In this document: positions 1-7,870 of the stretch, piece by piece | How positions within the stretch are numbered: the first letter of the stretch is position 1 | How the letters are laid out: each line of letters starts with the position of its first letter | DNA from: Bifidobacteriaceae bacterium | GTDB lineage: Bacteria; Actinomycetota; Actinomycetes; Actinomycetales; WQXJ01 | NCBI GenBank assembly: GCA_031278675.1 | Contig: JAITJY010000318.1 | Location: 1-33,676 of the forward strand | Length of the DNA: 33,676 nt | Direction: 5' to 3' | Made by a program: the position numbers and the translations under genes | The notes under the pieces: generated by a model | Told to the model about the DNA's origin: nothing | The model's input: only the letters and a program-made list of their open reading frames with translations | Databases searched by the model: none

Positions 1-2
1 GA

Positions 3-29
3 CCGGAAGCGGCGCAGGGCTCTGACCTG
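3..29. repeat. Copy 1 of a 27-bp direct repeat (25/27 identical to 161-187)
   Basis: ccggaagcgGCgcagggctctgacctg versus ccggaagcgATgcagggctctgacctg, offset 158 bp, downstream of the operon end. Confidence 0.8.
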
Positions 30-160
30 GGGAAACACGTCCGGGGGGAGTTCGCGGTGATCACCCGGGCTGGGGTGGGGGGCGCGGAAGTCTACACTTC
101 TCGTCGCGGGCGGGAGAAGTGTGGGAATCGTCACGCCGACCTGCGTCGGCGGCTACCGGG

Positions 161-187
161 CCGGAAGCGATGCAGGGCTCTGACCTG
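161..187. repeat. Copy 2 of the 27-bp direct repeat
   Basis: See copy 1 (3-29). Confidence 0.8.
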
Positions 188-239
188 CGGAGACGCGGGC
201 TGGAGTGGGCTGGGGCCGTGGCCCCGGGAGAGCGAGGGG

Positions 240-1307
240 TTACGGGCGGGCGAAGCGCCAGAGTTCGTAGGAGCCCCCGGAGCCTGGGCCGGAGTACTGG
301 GGGGCGCCGCCCACCAGGGCCTCGCGGCCTGCCGGTTCGCGCCACAGCTCCAAATGTTCGGCCGGAGTGGGCAGGTCGTCGGTCGAGCCCTGGAAACCGG
401 AACGGTATTCGCCTGAAGCGTCCGGGAGCAGCCCCAGGTAGCGGAGTTCCACCTCGTCGGTGAACCCTTGGGCGAACAGGTCACGGGCGTAGGCCCAGAG
501 ATTCGGGAAGTCGACCACCCGCGGCGCCGCCCCGACCTTCGCGATCAGCCCCGGCCGGTACCCGCGGTCGAACGAGGACAACGTCTGGAACAGACGCACA
601 TCAGAGTCGGTGATCGCGTCACCGAACAAGTACCGCCGCGAAGCCAACCTGAAGTCCAAGTCCGCCAAGCGGGCCAGGAACACGTTCTTCGCAGCCTGGG
701 CCGCCCCTTGACTGGTCGCGAAGATCACCTTGTAGGTCCCGTTGTTGATGTCGTCGAACAACTGCTGGTTCAGCAGGTCGATCTCCTGCCGCAACGCGAC
801 CGGGTACAGATCAGGCGCGCCATCAGCGTGCCACGGCGACCACACCGTCTCCCAGTCCAGACTGAGAGTGTGGTAGTTGTTGGACACGACCCGGCCCGTC
901 TCGATGTCGATCACGCTGGGCGACGTTCCCCGCCCCTGATAGGCGGGATCGGTGGCGCGGTAAAGAGCGTTGAGCCGGTCCACGCCGAGGCGCTCGGCCA
1001 CACCGCCAGGGACCCGATCGATGACCCAGCCATCCTGGTCGCGGCCGTCCAGGATCTCTTGGGGCACGGCATCGTCGGGGATGCCCAGCAGACGCAGCAC
1101 TATCCGTTGGCGCCGGGCCCAGCCGCAGCCGGGGCAGCCCAACAGGTGATAGCGGCCCGGCTCTGGCGGGATTTGGCCGTCGCCCCAACCGAACCGTGCC
1201 GGGAAGTAGTTGCGTTGGCGCCGGAATCCGCCGTCGGGCGTCTGTTCCACCGAGGTTTCAGGGAACGCCGGCGGGCTGTCGGGGCGCTCGTTGTCAGTCG
1301 TGGTCAT
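240..1307 (-). CDS. Xi-class glutathione S-transferase / glutathionyl-hydroquinone reductase family protein (YqjG/ECM4-like), paralog with CPGCGWA active-site variant
   Basis: 355-aa ORF. RYHLLGCPGCGWARR aligns residue-for-residue with the RYHLYVSxACPWAHR catalytic segment of YqjG-type GSTs. GST_C-like helices are present (RRYLFGDAITDSDVRLFQTLSSFD, FPNLWAYARDL). The ATG at 1307 is preceded by AAGGAG with a 6-nt spacer, and that SD overlaps the upstream TAA stop. Confidence 0.85.
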   Translation of the reverse strand: MTTTDNERPDSPPAFPETSVEQTPDGGFRRQRNYFPARFGWGDGQIPPEPGRYHLLGCPGCGWARRQRIVLRLLGIPDDAVPQEILDGRDQDGWVIDRVPGGVAERLGVDRLNALYRATDPAYQGRGTSPSVIDIETGRVVSNNYHTLSLDWETVWSPWHADGAPDLYPVALRQEIDLLNQQLFDDINNGTYKVIFATSQGAAQAAKNVFLARLADLDFRLASRRYLFGDAITDSDVRLFQTLSSFDRGYRPGLIAKVGAAPRVVDFPNLWAYARDLFAQGFTDEVELRYLGLLPDASGEYRSGFQGSTDDLPTPAEHLELWREPAGREALVGGAPQYSGPGSGGSYELWRFARP

Positions 1308-1317
1308 AGCTGTCTCC

Positions 1318-2436
1318 TTAGTCGTTCGGGTAGGACCAGTCGATCTGTGGCGGATCGGGAATGATCCCAGTGGGATTGATGTGTCGTTGTGTGCCGTAGT
1401 AGTGCCGGATGATCTGGTCCAGCTTGGTGGTGTCGCGGAATTCCGCCCGAGTCATCAAACGCCGGGCGTACGCCCACAGCGCCGGGTAGTCCCGCAATTG
1501 GCGCCGCGCCAGTTTGAAATGCCCGTAGTACACCGGGTCGAACCGGACCAGTGTGACCCAAGTCTGGACGTCCACGAACGTGAGTTGTTCCCCCAGCAAG
1601 TTGGCGCACGATGCCGTCAACTCCTTTTCCAGCTGATCCAACGTCGCGTACACGTCCTCCACGGCGGCGTCGTGATCCGTTTGCGACGCGGTGAATCCAG
1701 CGCGGTAGACGCCTTGGTTCAACCCCCAGGCCACGTGTTCCGCCAGGGCGGACTGCGTTTCGGCCAACTCTGCGGGGGCCAGGTCGAGGTCCCGGTTCCG
1801 CGTCGCGTATGCGCGCAGACCATTCGCGAGGTCCAAGTAGATCGTGGGGTAGTGGTTCGACACGATCCGGCCCGCGTGTTTGTCCCATAAAGCGGGGACG
1901 GAGACGTGGCCCGAATAGACGCCTCCCGGCGAGGAGGAATCGTATGCCTCCGACAGATAGGCGAAGCCGCGGCCGCCGGTGTCAAGCGTGATTCCGTCAC
2001 CGTGGCGGAAAGCCCAACCGCGGCCGTCGCGGATCGGATCGACCACGCTGACGCTGACCGCCTCCTCCAGCCCGTACAGCGCCCGAATGATCAACGCGCG
2101 GTGCGCGTATGGGCAGGCGTAGGACACGTAGAGGTGGTAGCGGCCGCCTTCCGCGGGGAATTCCGGTTCGCCGATCCTGCCCTTGAATGGGTAGCGGTCA
2201 GCTTGTGGCCCGACGAGGGGCCGTGCCAGCGGCCCCCGTGGCTGGTAGATGGAGCCGTGGGTCTCGAAGTCGGCGGGGTCGGCGACGCGTGGCGAGGGCG
2301 GCACGCTGGGCGCGGGGCGGGTCGGCGCCGTGCCGGGCGGGACCTCGGCAGCCGCGGATCTGGGCGCGGGGCGGGTCGGCGCCGGGTCGGGCGGGACCTG
2401 GCCCGCCCCGGCCCCGCGCGCCGGGCTTGTGCTCAT
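1318..2436 (-). CDS. Xi-class glutathione S-transferase / glutathionyl-hydroquinone reductase (canonical CPYAHR motif) with Pro/Ala-rich N-terminal extension
   Basis: GGRYHLYVSYACPYAHRALIIRAL matches the YqjG catalytic motif. C-terminal LTFVDVQTWVTLVRFDPVYY and YPALWAYARRL also match. The start is placed at the internal ATG 2436 because it forms an ATGA overlap with the stop of the upstream binding-protein gene (2433-2436). The track ORF runs to 2523. Confidence 0.85.
   Translation of the reverse strand: MSTSPARGAGAGQVPPDPAPTRPAPRSAAAEVPPGTAPTRPAPSVPPSPRVADPADFETHGSIYQPRGPLARPLVGPQADRYPFKGRIGEPEFPAEGGRYHLYVSYACPYAHRALIIRALYGLEEAVSVSVVDPIRDGRGWAFRHGDGITLDTGGRGFAYLSEAYDSSSPGGVYSGHVSVPALWDKHAGRIVSNHYPTIYLDLANGLRAYATRNRDLDLAPAELAETQSALAEHVAWGLNQGVYRAGFTASQTDHDAAVEDVYATLDQLEKELTASCANLLGEQLTFVDVQTWVTLVRFDPVYYGHFKLARRQLRDYPALWAYARRLMTRAEFRDTTKLDQIIRHYYGTQRHINPTGIIPDPPQIDWSYPND
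2306..2399. repeat. 54-bp-period direct repeat (two 40-nt copies, 38/40 identical) inside the Pro-rich N-terminus of the second GST
   Basis: ctgggcgcggggcgggtcggcgccgtgccgggcgggacct (2306-2345) versus ctgggcgcggggcgggtcggcgccgggtcgggcgggacct (2360-2399). The 54-bp period equals 18 codons and encodes ...APTRPAP... twice. Confidence 0.9.
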
Positions 2437-4163
2437 TCGTCGATCCAGACGGTGGTGGCCCCAGCGGGCTGTCCCGTGGCGTCGAGGGTCGTGATGCCGT
2501 GCACCGAAACCTTGGCGGCCCACGTGTCCTGAGTCTGATAGAGCGGCAACACATATGCCTTGTCCAGCGTCACATAGCTCTGCAGCGTGGTGTAGGCGGC
2601 CAAACGCTTGGCGGAGTCGGTGGTGAAACGGCCCTCGTCGATCAGTTTCTCCAGCGTGGAGTCGTTGAACTTCCCGCGGGCGATGTACCCCCGCGCCGGG
2701 TCAGACGCGTAATAGAGCAGGTCAAGACCCGTCACCGGGTCGGGCCCGCCGTACGAGTTGTCGAAGATCTCGTAGTCGTTGGCAGCCGCGCGCTCGGATT
2801 CGGTGCCTAGGTCGACGATGTCGTAGACGTAGTTGATCCCGACGTTCTGTTTGAGGGCCGCACCGATCGCGATGGCCAATTGATCCCGTGACTCACGCAC
2901 GAAGTCAGCGCCTGAGACCGCCCGGACCGTCAGCCTCTCGCCGTTCTTGATCCGGAAGCCGTCGCTGTCGCGTTCAGTCCAGCCCGCCTCGTCCAGTAGG
3001 CGGTTCGCCTCGTCGATGTTTGTCGCCGCCCACCCGATCAGCGACTGGTCCGGGAACGGGCCGATGTCGGAGATCGGCAGCCAAGCCCTCTCATAAGCGC
3101 CCTGATAGATGGTGTTCAGCAACGCCTGATAGTCAGCGCCGAGGATGAAGGCTCGGCGCACGTTCTCGTCGTCGAACGGCGTGCGAGACACATTCAGGTA
3201 ATAGGCGTAAGGCAGTCCGCCCACAAAAGTGCGGTGGTACTGGAATGAGTCGGAGTCCGCGAAGACCGACACGTCGAGGGGCTGTATGTCGGAGGCGACG
3301 TCGACCTGGCCCTGCTGCAACGCCCCGGTGCGAGTGGAGCCTTCAGCGAAGGTCCGGTAGGTCACCTTGTCGAGGTAGGCCTGAGGGTGGTCCGCCCGGT
3401 CAGCTGTCGCCGCCCAGGCGTAGTCGGCCCGCTTGACAAGCACCAACTCGGTGTTGGCCGTGAACGATTCGATGGTGAACGGACCCACCCCAGCCAATTC
3501 GGGGCCACCGGATTCCAACACGTCCTGCGGCAACGCCAGCGAAGCTGGCGAAAGCGGCGTGGACTGCCGGGACGAAAGGAAGATCAGGAACTGGATGTCC
3601 GGTTCGGTCAGCTTGAATTCGATGGTCTTGGAGTCGACCTTGCTGTAGCTGTCCAAGAACCTGAGCCCACCGGGTGGCGAGGTCAGATAAACGCCGTCGA
3701 GCAGCTTGTCGATGGTCGCGACAACCGCGTCCGCGTCCAGCGCCGCGCCGTCGGAGAACGTGACGCCGTCCCGGAGGGTCAGGGTGTAGGTCAGGCCGTC
3801 CTCTGACTGCGTGTAACCCTGCGCCAACCATGGCTGGAACTTGCCTTCCGCGTCCTGGAAAAGGTACGTGGAGAACACGTTGAACAGGATCGGATTGGCC
3901 TTGTCTTGGCCGTTGCGATGCGGGTTGACCGTAGCGAGTTTGGTTTCGATCGCCCAGATCAGCTCACCGCCGTCACGCGGTGTGGCCGAAGCGCCGGCGC
4001 CCGTCGTGGGCGTGGCGGGCTTGTCGGCCGAACCGCAGCCCGCCAGGACGGTGGCAGCGAGGGCCACCGTCATGATGGCGGCTAGCGGGGCGGCGCGCCG
4101 GTGGCGCCGCGGCGCGCGGCGCCACCTCGATCCGGTTTGCGATGCTTCGGTGGGAACTGACAT
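2433..4163 (-). CDS. ABC transporter substrate-binding lipoprotein, family 5 (peptide/nickel/glutathione, DppA/OppA/GsiB-like)
   Basis: 576 aa. Arg-rich N-terminus followed by the lipobox LAGC (TVLAGCGSADK). Family-5 SBP size and motifs (NPHRNGQDKANP, LVLVKRADYW, YYLNVSRTPFDDENVRRA). AAGGAG lies 6 nt upstream of ATG 4163. Confidence 0.9.
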   Translation of the reverse strand: MSVPTEASQTGSRWRRAPRRHRRAAPLAAIMTVALAATVLAGCGSADKPATPTTGAGASATPRDGGELIWAIETKLATVNPHRNGQDKANPILFNVFSTYLFQDAEGKFQPWLAQGYTQSEDGLTYTLTLRDGVTFSDGAALDADAVVATIDKLLDGVYLTSPPGGLRFLDSYSKVDSKTIEFKLTEPDIQFLIFLSSRQSTPLSPASLALPQDVLESGGPELAGVGPFTIESFTANTELVLVKRADYAWAATADRADHPQAYLDKVTYRTFAEGSTRTGALQQGQVDVASDIQPLDVSVFADSDSFQYHRTFVGGLPYAYYLNVSRTPFDDENVRRAFILGADYQALLNTIYQGAYERAWLPISDIGPFPDQSLIGWAATNIDEANRLLDEAGWTERDSDGFRIKNGERLTVRAVSGADFVRESRDQLAIAIGAALKQNVGINYVYDIVDLGTESERAAANDYEIFDNSYGGPDPVTGLDLLYYASDPARGYIARGKFNDSTLEKLIDEGRFTTDSAKRLAAYTTLQSYVTLDKAYVLPLYQTQDTWAAKVSVHGITTLDATGQPAGATTVWIDE

Positions 4164-4201
4164 GGGATTCTCCTTAGTTGTCTGAGGCCCGGGGGCCGTT
4201 G

Positions 4202-6013
4202 TCAGCCGTTGCGGTGGCTTTGGGCTTGGTCGGGTAGCTGGGGGATGGCCGCGATCAGCGACTTGGTGTAAGGGTGGAGCGGGTTGGCGAACACGTCTTG
4301 CACGTCGCCTGATTCGACGACGTGGCCTTGAGTCATCACAAGCACGTGGTCCACCAGATGGTGGACCACGCCCAGATCGTGTGAGATGAACACCAACGCT
4401 GTGCCTGCGGCCTTGTTGAGATCGTCCAGCAAGTCAAGGATCTGCGCCTGGATGGACACGTCTAACGCGGAGACCGGCTCGTCGCAGACTATGACCTTGG
4501 GCCGCAGCGCCAAGGCCCGTGCGATCGCCACGCGCTGGGCTTGGCCCCCTGACAGGGTTCGCGGGTGGCGGCGCAGCAAGTCCCGCTCCAAATCGACCAG
4601 CGTGGCCAAGTCTTCGACTCGCGCCGCCACATCGGCCTTGTCGGCCGTGCCACGCAGCGGTTCAGCGATCACCTCGGCCACCGTGTATCTGGGGTCGAAG
4701 GACCCGACCGAGTCCTGCGAGATGAACTGCGCCGCGTGCCGCAATGCCACCCGTTGGTCTTTCGGTTGGCCGGTCCACGGCCGCCCTTGGACCAGGACTT
4801 GGCCTGAATCCGCTGTCTCCAAGCCGAGCAGGAGGCGGGCCAGAGTTGATTTGCCGGACCCGGATTCGCCCACCACGCCCAGCCTGTCGCCCGGGAAGAC
4901 TTCAAGCGACACATTCACCACCGCCCGCCTGAGCCCGCCGCCGGGCAGCGGAAACGTCTTGGTCAGGGATTCGGCGGCCAGGACCGGCGCGGCGCGGGTC
5001 CCCGCTTCGCGGGCCGCGGGCGCGGGTGTGACGCCAGCCGCGTCCACGTGATCCGGGCCGCCCCCCGGGGATGCGACGCTCACCGTCCCGCTATCCGGCG
5101 CGGCGGGCCGGCCCGTCGCCGGGCCCGCCAGCCGCGCCGCCTTCGCCGAATCCACCCGCGCGTCGCTGAGCCGCCGCCCGCGTGACGCCGCCGAAGGCAC
5201 GGCGGCCAGCAACCCCTTGGTGTAAGGGTGCTTGGGATCACCCAACACCTGCGCGGGTGATCCCTCTTCGACGGCGACGCCATCGCGCAACACGACTATG
5301 TGGTCGGCTAAAGCCAAGACCACAGCTAGATCGTGCGAGATCATGAGCAGAGCGGTGCCGCGCGCCGCCCGCTCGCGCAGGAGCGCCAGAATCTGGGCCT
5401 GAACAGTCACATCAAGGGCGGTGGTCGGCTCGTCGACGATCAACAGCGCCGGATCCGCCGCTAAAGCTGAGGCGATCAGCGCGCGTTGGCGCAGCCCCCC
5501 GGACAGCTGATGCGAATACTGGCGTGCCCGCACCTGAGGATCCGGTATGCCCACGTCCGCGAGCAACTCGTGGACCCGGCCAAGGCGCTCGCGGCGCGGC
5601 GCCGTGCGGTGGATCCGCAGCGGCTCCGCCACCTCCCGTGCCACAGTCCGCAGCGGATCCAACGACGTCAACGCGTCCTGGAACACGAACCCGATCCGGG
5701 CGCCGCGCAGTTCCCGCCAGCGCCGCTCGGACAACCGGACGGAATCGTGCCCGAAGATCTCGAAGCGGGAGGCGCTGACCTGGGCGTGTTCGCCTGCCAA
5801 ACCCACCAACGTCCGGGCGGTGACGGACTTGCCGGACCCAGACTCGCCCACCAAAGCGGTGACCCGTCCCGGCAGGATGTCGAAGCTGAGGCCCCGCACC
5901 GCCCGGACGGCGGGCCGGCCCGGGAAGGTGACGGCGAGGTCGCGGACGCTGACGAGGGGTTTGAGCGCGGTCGCGGCGGACGGCATCGGGCGCTGGGTGG
6001 TCAGGAGGCTCAC
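4202..6013 (-). CDS. Fused double ABC transporter ATP-binding protein (DppD-DppF / GsiA-like)
   Basis: Two complete cassettes are present. Walker A occurs twice (GESGSGKSVT and GESGSGKSTL), signature twice (LSGGLRQR and LSGGQAQR), Walker B twice (LLIVDEPTTALD and VIVCDEPVSALD), and the HPYTK tail twice. The start is placed at GTG 6013, which overlaps the permease TGA (GTGA, 6010-6013). ATG 5986 is the alternative. The track ORF (to 6487) would overlap the permease by 478 nt. Confidence 0.85.
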   Translation of the reverse strand: MSLLTTQRPMPSAATALKPLVSVRDLAVTFPGRPAVRAVRGLSFDILPGRVTALVGESGSGKSVTARTLVGLAGEHAQVSASRFEIFGHDSVRLSERRWRELRGARIGFVFQDALTSLDPLRTVAREVAEPLRIHRTAPRRERLGRVHELLADVGIPDPQVRARQYSHQLSGGLRQRALIASALAADPALLIVDEPTTALDVTVQAQILALLRERAARGTALLMISHDLAVVLALADHIVVLRDGVAVEEGSPAQVLGDPKHPYTKGLLAAVPSAASRGRRLSDARVDSAKAARLAGPATGRPAAPDSGTVSVASPGGGPDHVDAAGVTPAPAAREAGTRAAPVLAAESLTKTFPLPGGGLRRAVVNVSLEVFPGDRLGVVGESGSGKSTLARLLLGLETADSGQVLVQGRPWTGQPKDQRVALRHAAQFISQDSVGSFDPRYTVAEVIAEPLRGTADKADVAARVEDLATLVDLERDLLRRHPRTLSGGQAQRVAIARALALRPKVIVCDEPVSALDVSIQAQILDLLDDLNKAAGTALVFISHDLGVVHHLVDHVLVMTQGHVVESGDVQDVFANPLHPYTKSLIAAIPQLPDQAQSHRNG

Positions 6014-6840
6014 GCGGTCCGCCTTTCGTAGCGGCGCTGCAGGTGGCGGCCGACCACCGTGGCCGCGATCACCACTGAGGTGATGGCGACCCCCGGGAAC
6101 ACGCCGGTCCACCAGGCGTTGCGCAGGTAGTTGCGGGATTCGGACAACATCAGGCCCCATTCGGCGGCGGGCGGCTGCGGCCCCAGCCCCAGGAATGAGA
6201 GCCCGGAGGAACCGATGATCGCGCTGCCTAAGCCGATCGTCGCCACCACGGGAAGCGCCCCGAGCGCATTCGGGATGACGTGCCGCACCGCGATGCGCGC
6301 CGGGCTGACCGCGTAGGTTTTGGCCTGGTCCACGTACAAGGACGTGGCCGCCACACGCGCCTGGGAACGTGACAGCCGGGCGTAGATCGGCAGGCCGCCC
6401 AACCCGAGCGCGAGTATCAGGTTCCAGATCCCAGGGCCCGTGAACGTGATCAGGAGCAGCGCCAGCAGCACGCCCGGGAACGCGCACAGCACGTCGACCG
6501 CCCGCGAGATCACCTGATCGAGCCAGCGCGGCCCCAATCCCGCGAACCCGCCCAAGGCGACCCCGGCCAAAGCCGCCAAGACCGTCGCTCCCAGCCCGAT
6601 CAGCAGGGAATACCGGGCGCCATAGACCACCCTGGTGTAGACGTCCCGGCCCTGCAGGTCGGTGCCGGCGATGTGTCGCGCGCTGGGCGCCAGGTTCGAT
6701 TGGGCCGGATCGGCGTACAGCGGGTCCGCGTTGGTCAGCAGCTCCGGCCAGGCGGCGGCCAAGGCAGCCAAAGCCAACACCGTCCCAGCCACGATCGCGC
6801 CCCAGGGAGCGGCCCGGAGCGCCCTCAGTTTGTCCGTCAT
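6010..6840 (-). CDS. ABC transporter permease (DppC/GsiD-like)
   Basis: 276 aa and polytopic. It has a binding-protein-dependent transport (EAA-loop) region, YVDQAKTYAVSPARIAVRHVIPNALG. AAGGAGAGG lies just upstream of ATG 6840. Confidence 0.9.
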   Translation of the reverse strand: MTDKLRALRAAPWGAIVAGTVLALAALAAAWPELLTNADPLYADPAQSNLAPSARHIAGTDLQGRDVYTRVVYGARYSLLIGLGATVLAALAGVALGGFAGLGPRWLDQVISRAVDVLCAFPGVLLALLLITFTGPGIWNLILALGLGGLPIYARLSRSQARVAATSLYVDQAKTYAVSPARIAVRHVIPNALGALPVVATIGLGSAIIGSSGLSFLGLGPQPPAAEWGLMLSESRNYLRNAWWTGVFPGVAITSVVIAATVVGRHLQRRYERRTA

Positions 6841-6850
6841 GACCTCTCCT

Positions 6851-7870
6851 TCAAGCGCTGGCCGGCCCGCGGAGGCGGGGGTCGAGCAGGATTCCGAATA
6901 TGTCGACCGCCGTCGAGGCGATCACGTACGCGGCGGTCGTGACGATCGCCGCGCCGAGGATCAACGGCACGTCCTTGACCGTGACCGCCGAGACCGCGAC
7001 CTGCCCCAGCCCGGGCCGGCCGAAAACCGTTTCCACGAACACCGCGCCGCCCAACAGCGAACCGATCGTCAACCCCGCCACGGTGATGCCCGGCAGGGTG
7101 GCGTGCCGCAGCGCGTGGTGGTAGCGCACCCCGGCGTGGCCGAGCCCCCGGGTCCGCGCGGTCAGCGCGAAGGGCTGTTCCATGGCCCGGTCGATCCCTT
7201 CGCTCAACACTTGGGCGAAGTAGAACCCGCACGGTATGGCGATGGCCGCGACCGGCAAGACCAGCCCTTGCCAACTGTCCGCGTCCACCACCGAGAACCA
7301 GCCCAGCTGGAACGAGAAGATCGCCAGGAGCACAATCGCCAGCCAGAACGGCGGCGCGGACAGGAACACCAATTGCACGGCGTTCGAGACGGGCCGAACC
7401 CCCCGCCGCTTGGTGGTCGAGATGTAGGCCACCACAAACCCGATCGCCAGCATCCCGAGCCCGGCCAGAGCCGCGAGCTTGAAAGTCGGGGCCATGGCCT
7501 CGGCGATCAGCTCCCCCACGGGCCGGCGCAGCACGTAGCTGGTGCCGAAATCACCCGACGGGATGCGCTGCAGGTACGTCAAGTACTGCGCCCAGACCGG
7601 CTGGTCCAGACCCCAGCGCTCCACCACGGCGGCCCGCGCCAGCGGGTCGTCGCGGTTCTCCCCGAGCAGCAAGGAAACCGTGTCCCCTGGGGCCAGGTGC
7701 ACCGCGAGGAAGGTCACGGTGACGGCCGCCCACAACACGAACACGGCGGTCGCCAGCCGGATCGCGATCAGCCGGGCCGCGGCCGACCGGCGCCGCCTCC
7801 GACTGGTGGGCGCCTCGTCTGCGCAGCCGACCACAGCTACGGCCGGGTCTAGGCAGAAGTGGACGGTCAT
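6851..7870 (-). CDS. ABC transporter permease (DppB/GsiC-like)
   Basis: 339 aa. LAVHLAPGD near the N-terminus and ARTRGLGHAGVRYHHALRHATLPGITV (EAA loop) are typical of DppB-type permeases. ATG 7870 overlaps the upstream TGA (ATGA, 7867-7870). Confidence 0.85.
   Translation of the reverse strand: MTVHFCLDPAVAVVGCADEAPTSRRRRRSAAARLIAIRLATAVFVLWAAVTVTFLAVHLAPGDTVSLLLGENRDDPLARAAVVERWGLDQPVWAQYLTYLQRIPSGDFGTSYVLRRPVGELIAEAMAPTFKLAALAGLGMLAIGFVVAYISTTKRRGVRPVSNAVQLVFLSAPPFWLAIVLLAIFSFQLGWFSVVDADSWQGLVLPVAAIAIPCGFYFAQVLSEGIDRAMEQPFALTARTRGLGHAGVRYHHALRHATLPGITVAGLTIGSLLGGAVFVETVFGRPGLGQVAVSAVTVKDVPLILGAAIVTTAAYVIASTAVDIFGILLDPRLRGPASA

Noticed and set aside
468-1364. 298-aa plus-strand ORF antisense to the first GST gene
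   Set aside because: The Arg/Pro/Val-rich translation has no recognisable motifs. It lies entirely opposite a well-supported GST gene, which is the typical shadow ORF of high-GC DNA.
6014-6487. N-terminal 158 codons of the 761-aa track ORF for the ABC ATPase
   Set aside because: This part would overlap the permease gene by 478 nt. Its translation is Arg/Gly/Pro-rich with no ABC motifs. GTG 6013 gives a GTGA coupling, and the conserved N-terminus (LVSVRDLAVTF) begins right after it.
6662-7852. 396-aa plus-strand ORF opposite the two permease genes
   Set aside because: The translation is extremely Arg/Gly/Pro/Asp-rich and low-complexity. It is antisense to clear DppB/DppC-type permeases.
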